Origin: Daphnia carinata
Lineage: Eukaryota
DNA: 64,000 nucleotides
NCBI RefSeq assembly: GCF_022539665.2
Contig: NC_081332.1
Coordinates: 6,386,001-6,450,000, forward strand
Direction: 5' to 3'
Shown piece by piece: positions 39,264 to 50,961 of the stretch (position 1 is its first letter; each line of letters opens with the position of its first letter). The notes beneath the pieces were generated by a model. That model was not told the origin of the DNA and ran no database searches. It saw only the letters and a program-made list of their open reading frames with translations. A program made the position numbers and the translations under genes.

Positions 39264-40328
39264 GACATATATATTATAATACTTTTAACGTAAAATTAAT
39301 TGCACCACAAACTTTACGGCCCTCTAACGTCAAATAAGTTTAATGTACCACAAACTGAGCTAAAACACAGTAAAGGACATCGACAGTAGAACACTTCCTT
39401 GTTTCTCAGTCATGGAACGGCCACTGCGAGAACGTACGTGATGTGAAGTGATGAACTCTTATGAATGCTTGCAACACTTCCCCCGTAAACGCAACAATTT
39501 CACTGCGATTTTCAAAGGTTTTTACCTAGAATTAACCTACCAGAGCTCATTCTTCTACGAAATTTCAAATTCGATTGAAGCAAAGTTTCTCGTTTGGCAA
39601 TCGAACCAACCTGAGAGGTGTGTGCATAGATTTTGTTTTCTTCTGACGCCGGCGCTTTTTTTTTTCTATGAACACACTGTTATCGTATATGACCTTGCCA
39701 CTCTTTTTGAAAGGGTTATGACGAAAATTGCAACTCTTTCATTTTCCTTACTGACTATCCCGCCCGCAAGTTCGCAAGGCACCGATAAAGAGCAACCGAG
39801 GCACCAAACGCGAATTGATTTGGAACGGTAAAACCCATTAGTTGAGAGCAGATTGTGTTGTAGCTTCAAAAGGACTCTTTGTCGGACGCTTTTTGCCGGA
39901 AGCTTCGCCTTCTGTCTCGTTTTATTCTAAATTTTTTTTATTATGCCGCAATTCAAGCGACTAGGATTCATCCTGCGTATCGTGGCTCATTGGACTTATT
40001 CTCGTTTCCACCTTCGCCATGGCATTATTAGTTTCAACCGATGCAAAAATAATTGACTATTTTCTTATATGCGTAGTGTGAGATTTTAAGACGATTCGGT
40101 TTTCGCATTCGTAATGCTAAAATGATTCTAACAATGTCAATGTGAAAACAATCTTCGACTGTAAGATAGTATTGCAATTTATGATCAAATTACCAAAACA
40201 ATGGTTTATTAGTGCAGTTATCTTTTATTTAATTATTGAACATCGAAATTATTTATTTTATTCACTTTGTATTTTCTTTAATGACTCTTGCTGCCTTGCC
40301 CAGTCAAGTTACACTGTTTTAATCTCTA

Positions 40329-41792
40329 TTAGCCTTCCCTTGTTTTCCTTACGAGATCCGGCAGTTGACAGATGAGATACAATTTGTAATCAAACCGATT
40401 CAGATAATCAAAATCGTAAACGTGCCAGCATCCTTGAACAGTTTGTCCTTCACGGAAGTCTTTGACGATCAAAAAAAGACGATCTCTGATACAACCTGTG
40501 TTCTTGGTGGCGTCTCTTTCCTGCCGGTCAGCCTCGCGAATCATTTCGTTATAGTATTCGATTGGCCCACAGAAATTTTCGTACTCACTCGTATTGTTGG
40601 CATTCCGGTCGATATACGTTCGAATCTGTAGGTCTTCAATGTCCAGTAGGGTTTTTGTATCATCGGCCCAGTGAACTTCGGTTGGATTCTCGGATGAAAC
40701 ATTAAAATAGCCACCGCTCCAGATAAGTGTTCGTCTTTGTGGGTCCCCATTGTCTTCTCCGAATATCTCAAAGGTATGACGCTCCACGATTTTGTTGATC
40801 TCAGTATCACGAGCTAACGTAACAGGGGACAGCATTTGAGCTCCAGGAGCGAAGTTTTGACAGGTCTCAACGGCAACTCGATAGGAACCTCGGCCGGAAA
40901 AAATAGCAAATTCGTTTGCCAATACTTCGTTATTTGCCTCCTGCCGAAAATCTCCCATGACCTTACGTTCAAACCTAAAAGGAAGGCTGGTTGTTGAAAT
41001 TTGGCAAACAAAGTTGAATTCGAGATGTTCGGTTTCGTAAATCAGTGAGCTATATAGTTGCCAGCAGCCGTTTTTAGGTGACCGATAGTCTTTGACTACG
41101 TAAATCAGAGGATTAGTGATTGCGCCTTTCTCCTTTAGTTCAGCCATTGAAATTCGAAGAATTTTGCTTGCCTGACTGGGATTGCAGAAATTTTGGTGCC
41201 ATTCGGATACACTGGTATCATCTATCCAGCGCATTCGATTTATTCCGTCAAGCTCCAAGTCTATGTATCCACCAGTCCATAATTGCTTTCTGAATCCAGT
41301 GAAGATATTATCGTCGTCAGCAAATAACTGGTCATACAGGCCCTCGATACGCTTGTCAAACAATTTTTCCTGTTTTTCAGACTGTATGGTCGTCAGATTG
41401 CCACCTCCACCAGGCAGAGATGCACACACCTGCTGAGCTTTCGAAAAGGACATTCGGTTGGCATAGAAATAATATCTATAGTTGGGTGAAATTTGCAGGT
41501 CTTCTGCTAAGAAAGTATGACCCACTGTACGGTTTGCAATGCAACGCAGAGGCACCGTGTTATGGCTCGATGTTGTTTCTAGTTCTTTTCCCACTGTAGA
41601 ATCATTGAAGAAGAAAACTCCGATAACAATGAGTGCAATCAGGACCAGCACGCTGCAAAATACGCCGATAGTTATTCTCCGATTCCATTCAGGATGATTC
41701 CTCAGACGAGAGCGATGATGGACTCCATCCTGATACACATAGCTTTTACTTGGACGATGTGTAGGCTTACTGAGAATTATTTCTTCGACCAT
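40329..41792 (-). CDS. Intronless type II transmembrane protein (487 aa) with two divergent C-type lectin-like domains
   Basis: Single long ATG-initiated ORF. Short basic N-terminal tail, then hydrophobic segment ITIGVFCSVLVLIALIVIGVFFF. Two repeats with CTLD hallmarks: SFSKAQQVC...NLTTIQS...LWTGG...RWIDDT...FVCQ and SYRVAVETC...IWSGG...HWADDT...LICQ. AATAAA on the - strand near 40205-40210. Confidence 0.85.
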   Translation of the reverse strand: MVEEIILSKPTHRPSKSYVYQDGVHHRSRLRNHPEWNRRITIGVFCSVLVLIALIVIGVFFFNDSTVGKELETTSSHNTVPLRCIANRTVGHTFLAEDLQISPNYRYYFYANRMSFSKAQQVCASLPGGGGNLTTIQSEKQEKLFDKRIEGLYDQLFADDDNIFTGFRKQLWTGGYIDLELDGINRMRWIDDTSVSEWHQNFCNPSQASKILRISMAELKEKGAITNPLIYVVKDYRSPKNGCWQLYSSLIYETEHLEFNFVCQISTTSLPFRFERKVMGDFRQEANNEVLANEFAIFSGRGSYRVAVETCQNFAPGAQMLSPVTLARDTEINKIVERHTFEIFGEDNGDPQRRTLIWSGGYFNVSSENPTEVHWADDTKTLLDIEDLQIRTYIDRNANNTSEYENFCGPIEYYNEMIREADRQERDATKNTGCIRDRLFLIVKDFREGQTVQGCWHVYDFDYLNRFDYKLYLICQLPDLVRKTREG

Positions 41793-42280
41793 TCTGTTCA
41801 GGAGTGGTGTGCAGTGTTAGCAATGAATAGGAAATGCCTCATATATGTCGAAATGAATGTCCGAGTGCGTAATAATTTCAGAATTTTTCAGGCTTTTTTC
41901 ATTTGAGAAAACCAACCAACTAAAAAGCTGATGTCTTCGTTAAAATCAATATTGACAACAGATTATAACCCTCGAAGTTCATTCACTATAAATGGCTTTC
42001 GAATATTCATAAGAAACATATGGTTTTGGTTGTTGACAACTGCTAGCGAAACATTTCATCATTGCTAGAAAAAAGCGGGGATTTTCCTGGTCCCACAAGA
42101 GTAAAAACCCGCAAAGGATACACACGTAAAATAACATACTGCATGAAATTTACAATTGCCTTAGAATGCAACTACTTCTGTGAAATTACTAGTTATTACT
42201 TCAACCGAAAATTTTGTTAAGCCATTAATTAACTGTAGCTCAATACGTCTTACGTATCCAATCAAGTCAAGTTGCTCAGC

Positions 42281-42292
42281 AGCGCCTCTAGC
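42281..42292 (-). promoter_or_regulatory. Second, weaker CTCF-like motif (GCTAGAGGCGCT)
   Basis: Plus strand AGCGCCTCTAGC between the PTP 3' end and the lectin gene start. Motif match only. Confidence 0.3.
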
Positions 42293-43593
42293 AAGAGCAA
42301 TGGGAAACTCAGGCTATAGCGGGATTTTAAACAAGAAAATGTAAACGTACATGTTATTTGAAGTTTAACTGCGAGATCGTCTAACAAAAAAATTGATGAA
42401 ATCAGACGGAGAAATTATAACATTTCATGTAGGTACTTAATAGTGAGCAGTTACCAATTAAATTTGGACGTGGATGCAGTCAGAAGAAAAACATCAAGAC
42501 CACGTTATGTTAAATGACAATTTATTGTACGATCTCATTCGAGTTTGTTCCGCGCGGGACACGATCCATCTCATTTTGACTTCTTCCGGCCCTTCCTGAA
42601 ATAAAGTGACTGGGTTTAGGCCAAAATCATCATGTTACAACATTTTTCAGAATAAAGATGTCTGTAGGGGGTAAAGGGAGAGCAGATGTTGGCGAAATGT
42701 TCTTCTGGGAGTACTGCACGAAACACGCCATTAGATAATAGCTAAAGAATTCACGAAAAGTTACAGGCTAGTCTAAATCAATTTACCGGTCGTGTTAATT
42801 GATTAGGGTAAAAAAAATTACGAGATAGAGAAGAGATGTCGTAGGGGATAGTAACACTGAGGCAAAGCATCGTCGTTGAGCAACACACAAGATAAATGTG
42901 ACAAGCGCGTACACGTAATAGAAATGGTTTTTAAATCAAAATATGAACGTTGGTCATCACTTCTAAACCAGAAACACTGCAATTAAAATCGTACACTATT
43001 ATTACGAAAGAAAAGCTACGTGACATCCACTTGAAATAGAAATGACGCGGTCGGGTTAGCTTTCGATATTGTCGCTAACAATTGCACCAGAAAATGATTC
43101 TGGTATACGTTTCATTTCCTTTCGTTTTCAACTGTCTCATCCAACACACGTACACACAAAAAAATAAACAAAAATGAAAGGAAAGAAAAAAGAAAAACGA
43201 GATTACGAAGTGGTGCAAGGTCAGAAGTCCAATAATAGCGACAATGTTTGGAAAATGACGAGACAAACAGAGGAAGAAATTGAAAAAAAAATGAGACTGG
43301 AGAGCACTGACGCGTTAAAGTTGGCAATGTACAAAGGGGCGAGGGATGTGTACACTGGCACATTTGAATGGAGAGGCAGTGGCTTATGAAATACATGGAA
43401 ATGATAAGGGATAGATGACTACACTCTCTTATACTAATGCACTTTTCGGTAGTTTGGCCAATCCGATGTGCCTGCAGCAGACTTGTCTTTTTAGTTCATC
43501 AATATTTTGTAACTTTTTCTTACTAATTGGTAACTTAAAAATTGCAGATACCTCTTTCAAGGATGGAGCCTACAACACAGATGGCCATATGGT

Positions 43594-46500
43594 TCATAAA
43601 TAATTGGCCAAGGCGTCGTACAGGAAGGCATACTGCATTGGGTACTCCACCATACGAGCCCTTTGCGAGCGCAGTTTTCTGACTGTACTGAAAACATCGA
43701 CGTATTCTTCTGTTTTAGCTTGTTCGATCAGAATGCATAAGGCGGCCATAATTGAGCTACGAACGCTGCCAGTGCTGCAATGGATGCAGGCCGATCCGGG
43801 CTGGAGTTGTCGTGCACGGGCAGCAATGGCTTCGGACGCAACAGTTACAAAATGGCAGATCTGCTGGGGTGGCGGAACTGAGTCATCTTCCACACCGTTC
43901 GTACAGTGTCCCCAGCCGATGTACTGAATTTGCGTTGTCCGGATCTCTTCGCGAGTCTTGGTACTACGAATAACAAAGTCACGCTGGATATAGCCCGGCA
44001 ATGTGACTGTTGAAACGTGTTTGACAACGATATGATCGTGAGTGGCTTCTTGATCATCATCAGGCCAATATTGTGGGCAGCAGGAAGTATCTGACGCATC
44101 CCCCATTTCTGACAGCATGACTATGACTACAATATTGTGCTCCAGCACCATTCTCCAGAAATCGCGCTGGGTCGATTCCATTGGATCTTGTGTCAGAATG
44201 AAACACTCAGAGTTGTCGTACCCTTCAACGAACGAGGCGTTAATATAAGTCGAGTAATCTCTTCCTGCTACTGGCGTTAAGATGACACGATTTCGATCAA
44301 AAGGAATGGCTGTTTCATAGCGATTCTTGATTCGGTTTTCTTCTGATGACGCTACACTCATCGGTTTTCGATCATCGAATGGCTGTTCAAGCCTATCAAA
44401 CTCCTCTTCGAGTAGGGATTTAGTTCGGCCTTCCGTTTTCATTCGCAAGTTAATCAGCGTATTCTGGTATAAGATACAGAAATCGTTTATAAGCTACAAC
44501 TTGATTAAATGGTGCGAAGACATACCTGAAAACTTGCTACGGCAATCTCCGTATTCCCAAATTGCACCCATTCCATGAGCGTCCGGTATACAAAAATGTA
44601 TTGCCGAAGCGATTGGACCAAAAAATTACGCTGATGACGGAGATCGCACACCGTGTTCAATACAGAAATAGCGCCTTCTTCCTCGATCTGCTGAATCAAA
44701 TGATCGATGGCCACTAAAGTACCCGTTCGACCTACGCCGGCGCTACAATGGATTAAGATGGGTCCACGGTCAGTGCTGTAATCTTCATTCAAGCGGCGGA
44801 GAAAGCGTAGAATTCCAGTGGCATGCTCTGGTGCCTGGAAATCCTTCCAGACTAGGTAATGGTATTGGAAAACAGGGCGAACTTCGCGTTCCATAATGCC
44901 CAATTCAGGATCAGTTGGAGTGCCAGCTTTGGGTCGTGAAACCTGATAGAAAAATTATCGATTAGAACAATCCGTACGCATATGGCAAGTTAGAAAATGA
45001 CAAACCTGAAGCTCTCTCACAACGTATTCTGAATAGCGTTTTTCTTTGACATGGATCACACGGATATCGCCGAAAGTCTTGTCCCCTCTAGGACTTTTAA
45101 GTGTACCGATCACCGTTTGTTGTTGGATGTCGACCGTGCTGCCATTAGACGGCGAGTGCGTGGTGCCGCCATTCGATTGCGTTTCAGCCACTGGATCAAC
45201 ATAAAGCGGTTCGGGAGTAGAGGCATTTCTTGATGGGTCAGGATCTGGCCAATACTGAAAGCACTTTGTTTTATTGTACTCTTCTACGTTGGTAAGCATG
45301 ACGATAATTTCTACACGTTGTTCCCATGCCATGCGCCAGAAGTCAAACACGGTTCCTTCCATTGGACCTTGTGCACAAACAAACTTCTTTCGCTCTTTGT
45401 AACCCATGACGAAGTTTGCGTTAATATATTCGGACTGCGAATCTCCGTTAATGGTGTTCAACTTTACTCGTGTCTGGTCATATGCTAGTATTTTAAAAAT
45501 AGTTAAAAAGTTAGAGCTTTCCGTTCAGCAGAATTCATGTGATCGACAAATATATGCAGTGCTTACCTTTGATATCAGGATAGCGATTTTTGGGCATGTT
45601 CTCTCTAGTATCTGAAGCTCGAGTAGTCCGATCAACGAAACGCTCGGGTAAAAGTTCGTATTCGTGTTGAAACCCGTAATCAGCATTCTGGTGGCGCTCA
45701 ATAAATGCTTGAAGTATTTCTTGTTTCGGTATAGGGGCGGCGGAAGTGCTCGGTGGTGATACGAGTAAATGGCGGCCATCCCGGAACCGACTCCATAAAT
45801 GACGGCACGAGCTACTCAATGACATTTCTACTCCTTCGCTTTGAGCGACATGTTTGGAGTAACGACGCAAGAAGAAGAGACTGCTGACAATCAACAACAA
45901 GACAAATGCCAGCCCGCACAAAATTCCCAACGCAACCATAAGCACAACAGAGCGGTCGGCTGCTTGGTAAGACGGGATCGGTTTCGGCGTCATGGGTGCC
46001 GCATACTGGCTGTAGACGCTTTCAACCTGTCCACGAATATTCGGGGAAAATAGCTGCAAAAATTTCAAATAGCCTAACGTTAGCGCACGTTGATATTGTA
46101 ATGGCAAAAAATTTGCGTACCCGAACAAACAAGGTATAGTTGCTCTCTGGAACCAAGACTCCATCGTCGGACAGCACCTCAAGGTTGATCATATTAGAAG
46201 GCGAATCTCGGGATGAGCTCCTTTCAACACGATCCAATTTGTCTTCGTCATCTAGTTCTTCTAATTGGATGTCTGCTTCAGAAATCTTCGGCCATTGAAT
46301 GACAGAGCATGATTTGCACGGTGGATTCCTTTTATCGATGCGACTGCCATCACCCAAAGAAACATGGTCAGATGGAAGCCGATCGTAATCAAACAGTTCG
46401 GCTATATATGCTCCAGCTCCCTGCCTATGAACTTCTTCGTATGTCGATAGCGGCAGAAGATGCGGCTCTGGCAGCGAAGTAAGTAGCTTGCCCTCCAACA

Positions 46501-48409
46501 TTTTAACTAGCACAACAGAGTAGCAGCAAATGGGGCCTTTTCTCTGTGATATCTTGGGAAGGCTAGTCCGTAAACCCCACCTCTCAGCCCTTTGGTACCG
46601 CGTCAACGAAAGCCCACCAAAGTTTTCTTTATCAGGTATGGAAGGTGGCATTTGGCACGTGGCGTGTGATGCCTCCCCATGTTGTACTCTTGTTTCAGCT
46701 TTTACTTGGACACTGAAGTTTGTATTAGGTGGAATGTCATCAAAGAGTGCAGTAAATTTCGTGCCATCCACGTTCTGAGTCATGGGACCAAAGTCGTCCC
46801 GTTGCTGTTGATTTAGCTCGTTCAAGTAGTGTGCAACTCCGCGTAAACTTACCTGAAAAAAAAATACGACTTCTCGTTAGCGTGAAAAAAAACTAGTTAT
46901 ATCCACTTTAGACGAACAGACCGAAAAACGGATAATTTGTCCATTTGGGTGCGCTGGAGCTTCCCAAGTGACGGTAACGAAGTATCGATTTCCATTTCGG
47001 TCACACAACATCTTCACGTTACGGGGTGGCGAAGGCTCCCCATCGATAGTATTGCCCTTGACGGGCACAGAGAAGTTTCCACAATGACCAGTGTACCGAT
47101 GACATGCTTTGACCTTGAATAAGTACATGGTAGCCGGTTTCAGATTTGTGAAGAGATGGACTGGCGAACCATCTGCTGCTGGTATTCGAATGATTGTCTC
47201 TTTGCCTCCTTCAGTATCTTTGTAGGATGACACATAATGTCCGATGAGATGGCGAATTTCCTCTGGTGGTGCAGTCCAACCGAGAGTGAACGAATTCGAT
47301 GTTGAGCCTTTAATGTCAACAACGGGGATGTACTCGGCTTCTGCGGATAGGGTCCTAACCGCCTCTTTATATTTATCAGGATGACTTCTACCCATCACGT
47401 TTTCTGCTTCGATTTGGATACGGTACGCTACGTCGGGCTCGAGATCACTGATTACCAGACTTGTTGCCGATACGTTTGGCGCAACACGACTATACTGCCA
47501 GTTGTTTTCGCCTTCCTTCATATATTTGATATGATAACTTCGTATCGGAAGATTTCCGTTGTTTAGAGTCCAATTAAGGTAGATGCTACCATTGCCTACT
47601 CCTAAAGCAAAATCGATTTCCACTTCAGGCTTAGTTTGGACGAAAAGAGGTACGGGCTTGCTTTCCATTCCGGCTTTGTTGGTAGCATGGCATACGTAAG
47701 TGCCATTATCAGAACGCCCGACATTGTCAAATTCTATCTTGGATGACACCGACGTTCCCTCTTGCAGGTGGGTTACAGTAAGTTTCTGCGAACTTGATTT
47801 AATTTCAACTCCATTGAAAGTCCACGATATGTTGGGTGCCGGATATCCATTAGCCGAGCAATATAAAGAAGCAAACGAGCTAACGTTCACCGTTGCATCT
47901 TTTGTCAGATTGATCTTCGGAATAACTGGAAAGAGTATTTGGGCACTTTTTTCAGATTTTTGCACACCATTCTGGTCTCTCTCAATTGAAACCCTGCATG
48001 TTAAGTTTCCAAAATTGGAGATGTCACAGGGCAACATCAAGTAATATATGGCAGATCCATTAAAGTCTTCAGTTGATTTCCAACGTTCTTCATTCACTTC
48101 TTTTCCATTGAGTAACCAAGTTGCTTTGATTCCACTTGTTTCATGGTGTTGGGCAAATTTAGCTTCACATGTCACAGTTAGTGGGCAATCACTGGAAAAT
48201 TTGAGGTTTTCCACGATCAAGCAGTCTGCAGGAAAAAAAAATTTATCTATTATATCTAATGAAAAGAGGTTGGAAAGGAACTCACCTGCGGAACAAATAA
48301 TTCCAGCAATGACTATGAAAACGACAGAACAGGAAAGCCATTTTGAGATTTCTGAATGTTTATTTAGTGTCAGAAAAGATGATTTCATTCTAGTCTTGAT
48401 TTTTCCCAT
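43594..48409 (-). CDS. Ptp69D: Receptor protein tyrosine phosphatase, Ptp69D orthologue (signal peptide, 2 Ig, 3 FN3, membrane-proximal region, TM, tandem D1/D2 PTP domains)
   Basis: Seven coding exons joined in frame by GT-AG introns of 60-82 nt: 48409-48286, 48225-46922, 46852-46121, 46053-45567, 45484-45006, 44942-44526, 44463-43594. D1 motifs [32 protein letters not shown] (the WKD variant seen in Ptp69D), [23 protein letters not shown]2 has [21 protein letters not shown] is [27 protein letters not shown]. Confidence 0.93.
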
Positions 48410-50961
48410 ATTTTCAGCAGCTTCAATCAGCTAGGTAGCTGACCAAGTCACTCCTGCATAGCAACAACAAAATCAATGGTCAGAATCACATAAAAACTAT
48501 CAAAAATTTACACTATGATTGATCAAGAAGAAACAATAGACATCAATTTTACTTTTTCACCGGCTTTCCAGTTCTAAGCCGACTATGTACAAGTTGAGTT
48601 CAGGTGGATTCAAGACTATAGAGGACAAGCTAAGCAGCTAATGTCATTAAAGAGCGGCGGAACAAATAAGAATGGGAGGCAAATCAGAGAACAACTTACG
48701 TGACAATATTTAGTACTTCAAATGCGGGCACAATCATCAAATGTCAAAACTGTTTCATTTGATGCTGACGATTATCACACAATTCTTGCTAGAGGGAGAA
48801 GCAAAAACGCAAAAAAACGAAATAAATTGAGGACGCCATGGCAAGAGTTAGCCACCTAGCGATCAAACACGAAAGGCTGTTTCTGCCAAATTCCAGCCGG
48901 CTTTTTTCAGCAACCGCCACTGTTGTGTGTTTATTAATACAATGTAATACATTCCTTATTTGCATTTACTGCGACGCAGTTGCTACATCTTGGGCGATAT
49001 TATTCGGCATCCCACTCGTCCAGATGGATGTTTAAAGACCTTGGACCTTGAATGGCCATTGTGTTTATGTCTCTACCTTTTTTCCGCTATTAGGCCGTCC
49101 ACACTGCCATATTGGCATGTTTGCGTCTTCATGCACGTAAAACAAATCGTCACAAAAATCACATAAATTTTTTCCCGACACACTGGGAAAATCTGCGTTT
49201 GAGTGTTATTAAACCAAACCGTAAGCTCCACACCGAATACAAAATGCAAGTTTGCAAGAAAAGTATAGATTCGTCGTTTCAGCATCACGGAAAGATGACA
49301 AGAATCTGTGATTCGAAATTTCTTCTACCTGAGAATGACAAAATTTTATCTGCGTTCTTAACAACATCTACAACCATTTCACGCATTTTACTGATGAGGT
49401 CATAATTCTGATAATATAGTCTGTAAACATTTTATGAAAAAAAAAAGAGGTAAATTCTCAAACAGTATAACAAATCCTCGGGTAGTTATGTAAAAGCTAA
49501 TGATGGGAGCGCCTTCACAGTTTAATCACGAATTGCGTGGTTGCAGTCTAGTAGAGGATAATGACATAGAATTATTCCACGATCACCGGATCATTTTACA
49601 ACGATTTCAAGAAGACATGTAGCTATAGAAAGTCTGGCGGGAAGACAATTTATGAAGATTGCTTAATGTTTCTGAAACCGCAGCTTGATGTTGGATCTCT
49701 TTAAGTTAACGCATGTTTTCTCAATTGAATAGCTCGTCTGAGAGACCGATGCGCTATACTGTCATTTGTATACATTCGCACTGTGATGAGTGTGATCCTT
49801 CAACATCCCCAGCAGCGGGCTGTAACTGTGTTCGGAACTAGAAAGGCACATGGCTGCCACCCTTCTTCCCGTCATTTTGCAGATTGAACAAACAAAATTC
49901 GAAGACGGAAACCACAGCCCGCATGGCCTCTGATGTTTATCAAGAAACGTGTAGCCTGCGTCCAATCTGTGAATGTTTACGCAATTTGTCTCGAAATGGT
50001 GTGTAAATAGAACGGATGTTGGTACAGAGTCATAATACCATGTGTCTGAAGGCTGGCTTGGTGTCAATTTCATAAAGTTACTTTGACTTTTGTTCGGTGA
50101 AAGCTTTTACCCCTGTTACCAAACAATTTATTATTTTATTACAAATAAATAATTTAATAAATAACTAAATAATTTAGGGTCTGTTGATTATACATCATAG
50201 ATGGTCATCCTTTAACGAAGTTCTCTTATATTTCGAAACTACAAATTATTTTCTAGCTGTAAAAAGTACGTTAGATGCCCCATATTTAGTTAACTCAGCA
50301 GTAACGTGCCACTATGGTGCTACATTTTATGCAAATTAAAACTCCGGACGCATGGCAAAAGAGGACAATTGTGAGAACTTTCATGATAAAGTGGGTGAAA
50401 GTAGAAAAATAATAATAAAAAACTGTATCTTATTATTACGAAACAACACCACGACATCCGTCCAAGAATGTTGGAGCGCAAGTTTTAAAAGTACGCTCCT
50501 ACTTTCCGCCTTGATGACGTTGCCAATCGTAAATAGAAAATGAATCACAGGAACATGAACAATTTTATTCGTGAGAGTAGCAAAACAGGTAGGCGCGGGA
50601 TACAAGTTATTTGTTTCTGAAGCAGAAAATTGCGCCACGCCCCGGAAACAAGAAGGCGGTTAACCTTGTGATATTTGATTGTCCTTGGACTATCCCGAAG
50701 GGCTTATTCAACATGAGCTTATAAGGTACAGTATGAGTTACAACACCTGTTGCAGTCACATATCTTAGTTATCAGAATATGCGTCTCTTCCAGAGCTTGT
50801 CGACACATTGAAATAAACCATCATTGCCTTTGTAAAGTCTGATAAAAAAAGAATGTTATATTGCAATCCCAAAAACCATGTAGAATGTAGCCTTTGGTAT
50901 TATCTTGAGTATGTTGAGGCAACACAGCAATATTTGGGAACCATTGCTGTGTTTTTCTTTA

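Noticed and set aside
39400..40000. Possible spliced plus-strand gene after the tRNA
   Set aside because: Some splice-like sites exist, but no convincing joined reading frame or recognisable product.
43750..43800. Cys retained in the D2 pseudo-phosphatase motif (HCSTGSVRS)
   Set aside because: As I recall, Ptp69D-type D2 domains normally keep this Cys, and the WPD loop is missing here, so it is not evidence of unusual activity.
44790..44860. WKD instead of WPD in D1 as a catalytic defect
   Set aside because: WKDF is the normal Ptp69D-family sequence and the catalytic Asp is retained.
49400..50700. ORFs 49762-50073 and 50381-50638 as an extra gene or RP2 continuation
   Set aside because: No recognisable motifs, and I could not join them in frame to RP2. 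More likely UTR or promoter sequence between RP2 and Ptp69D.
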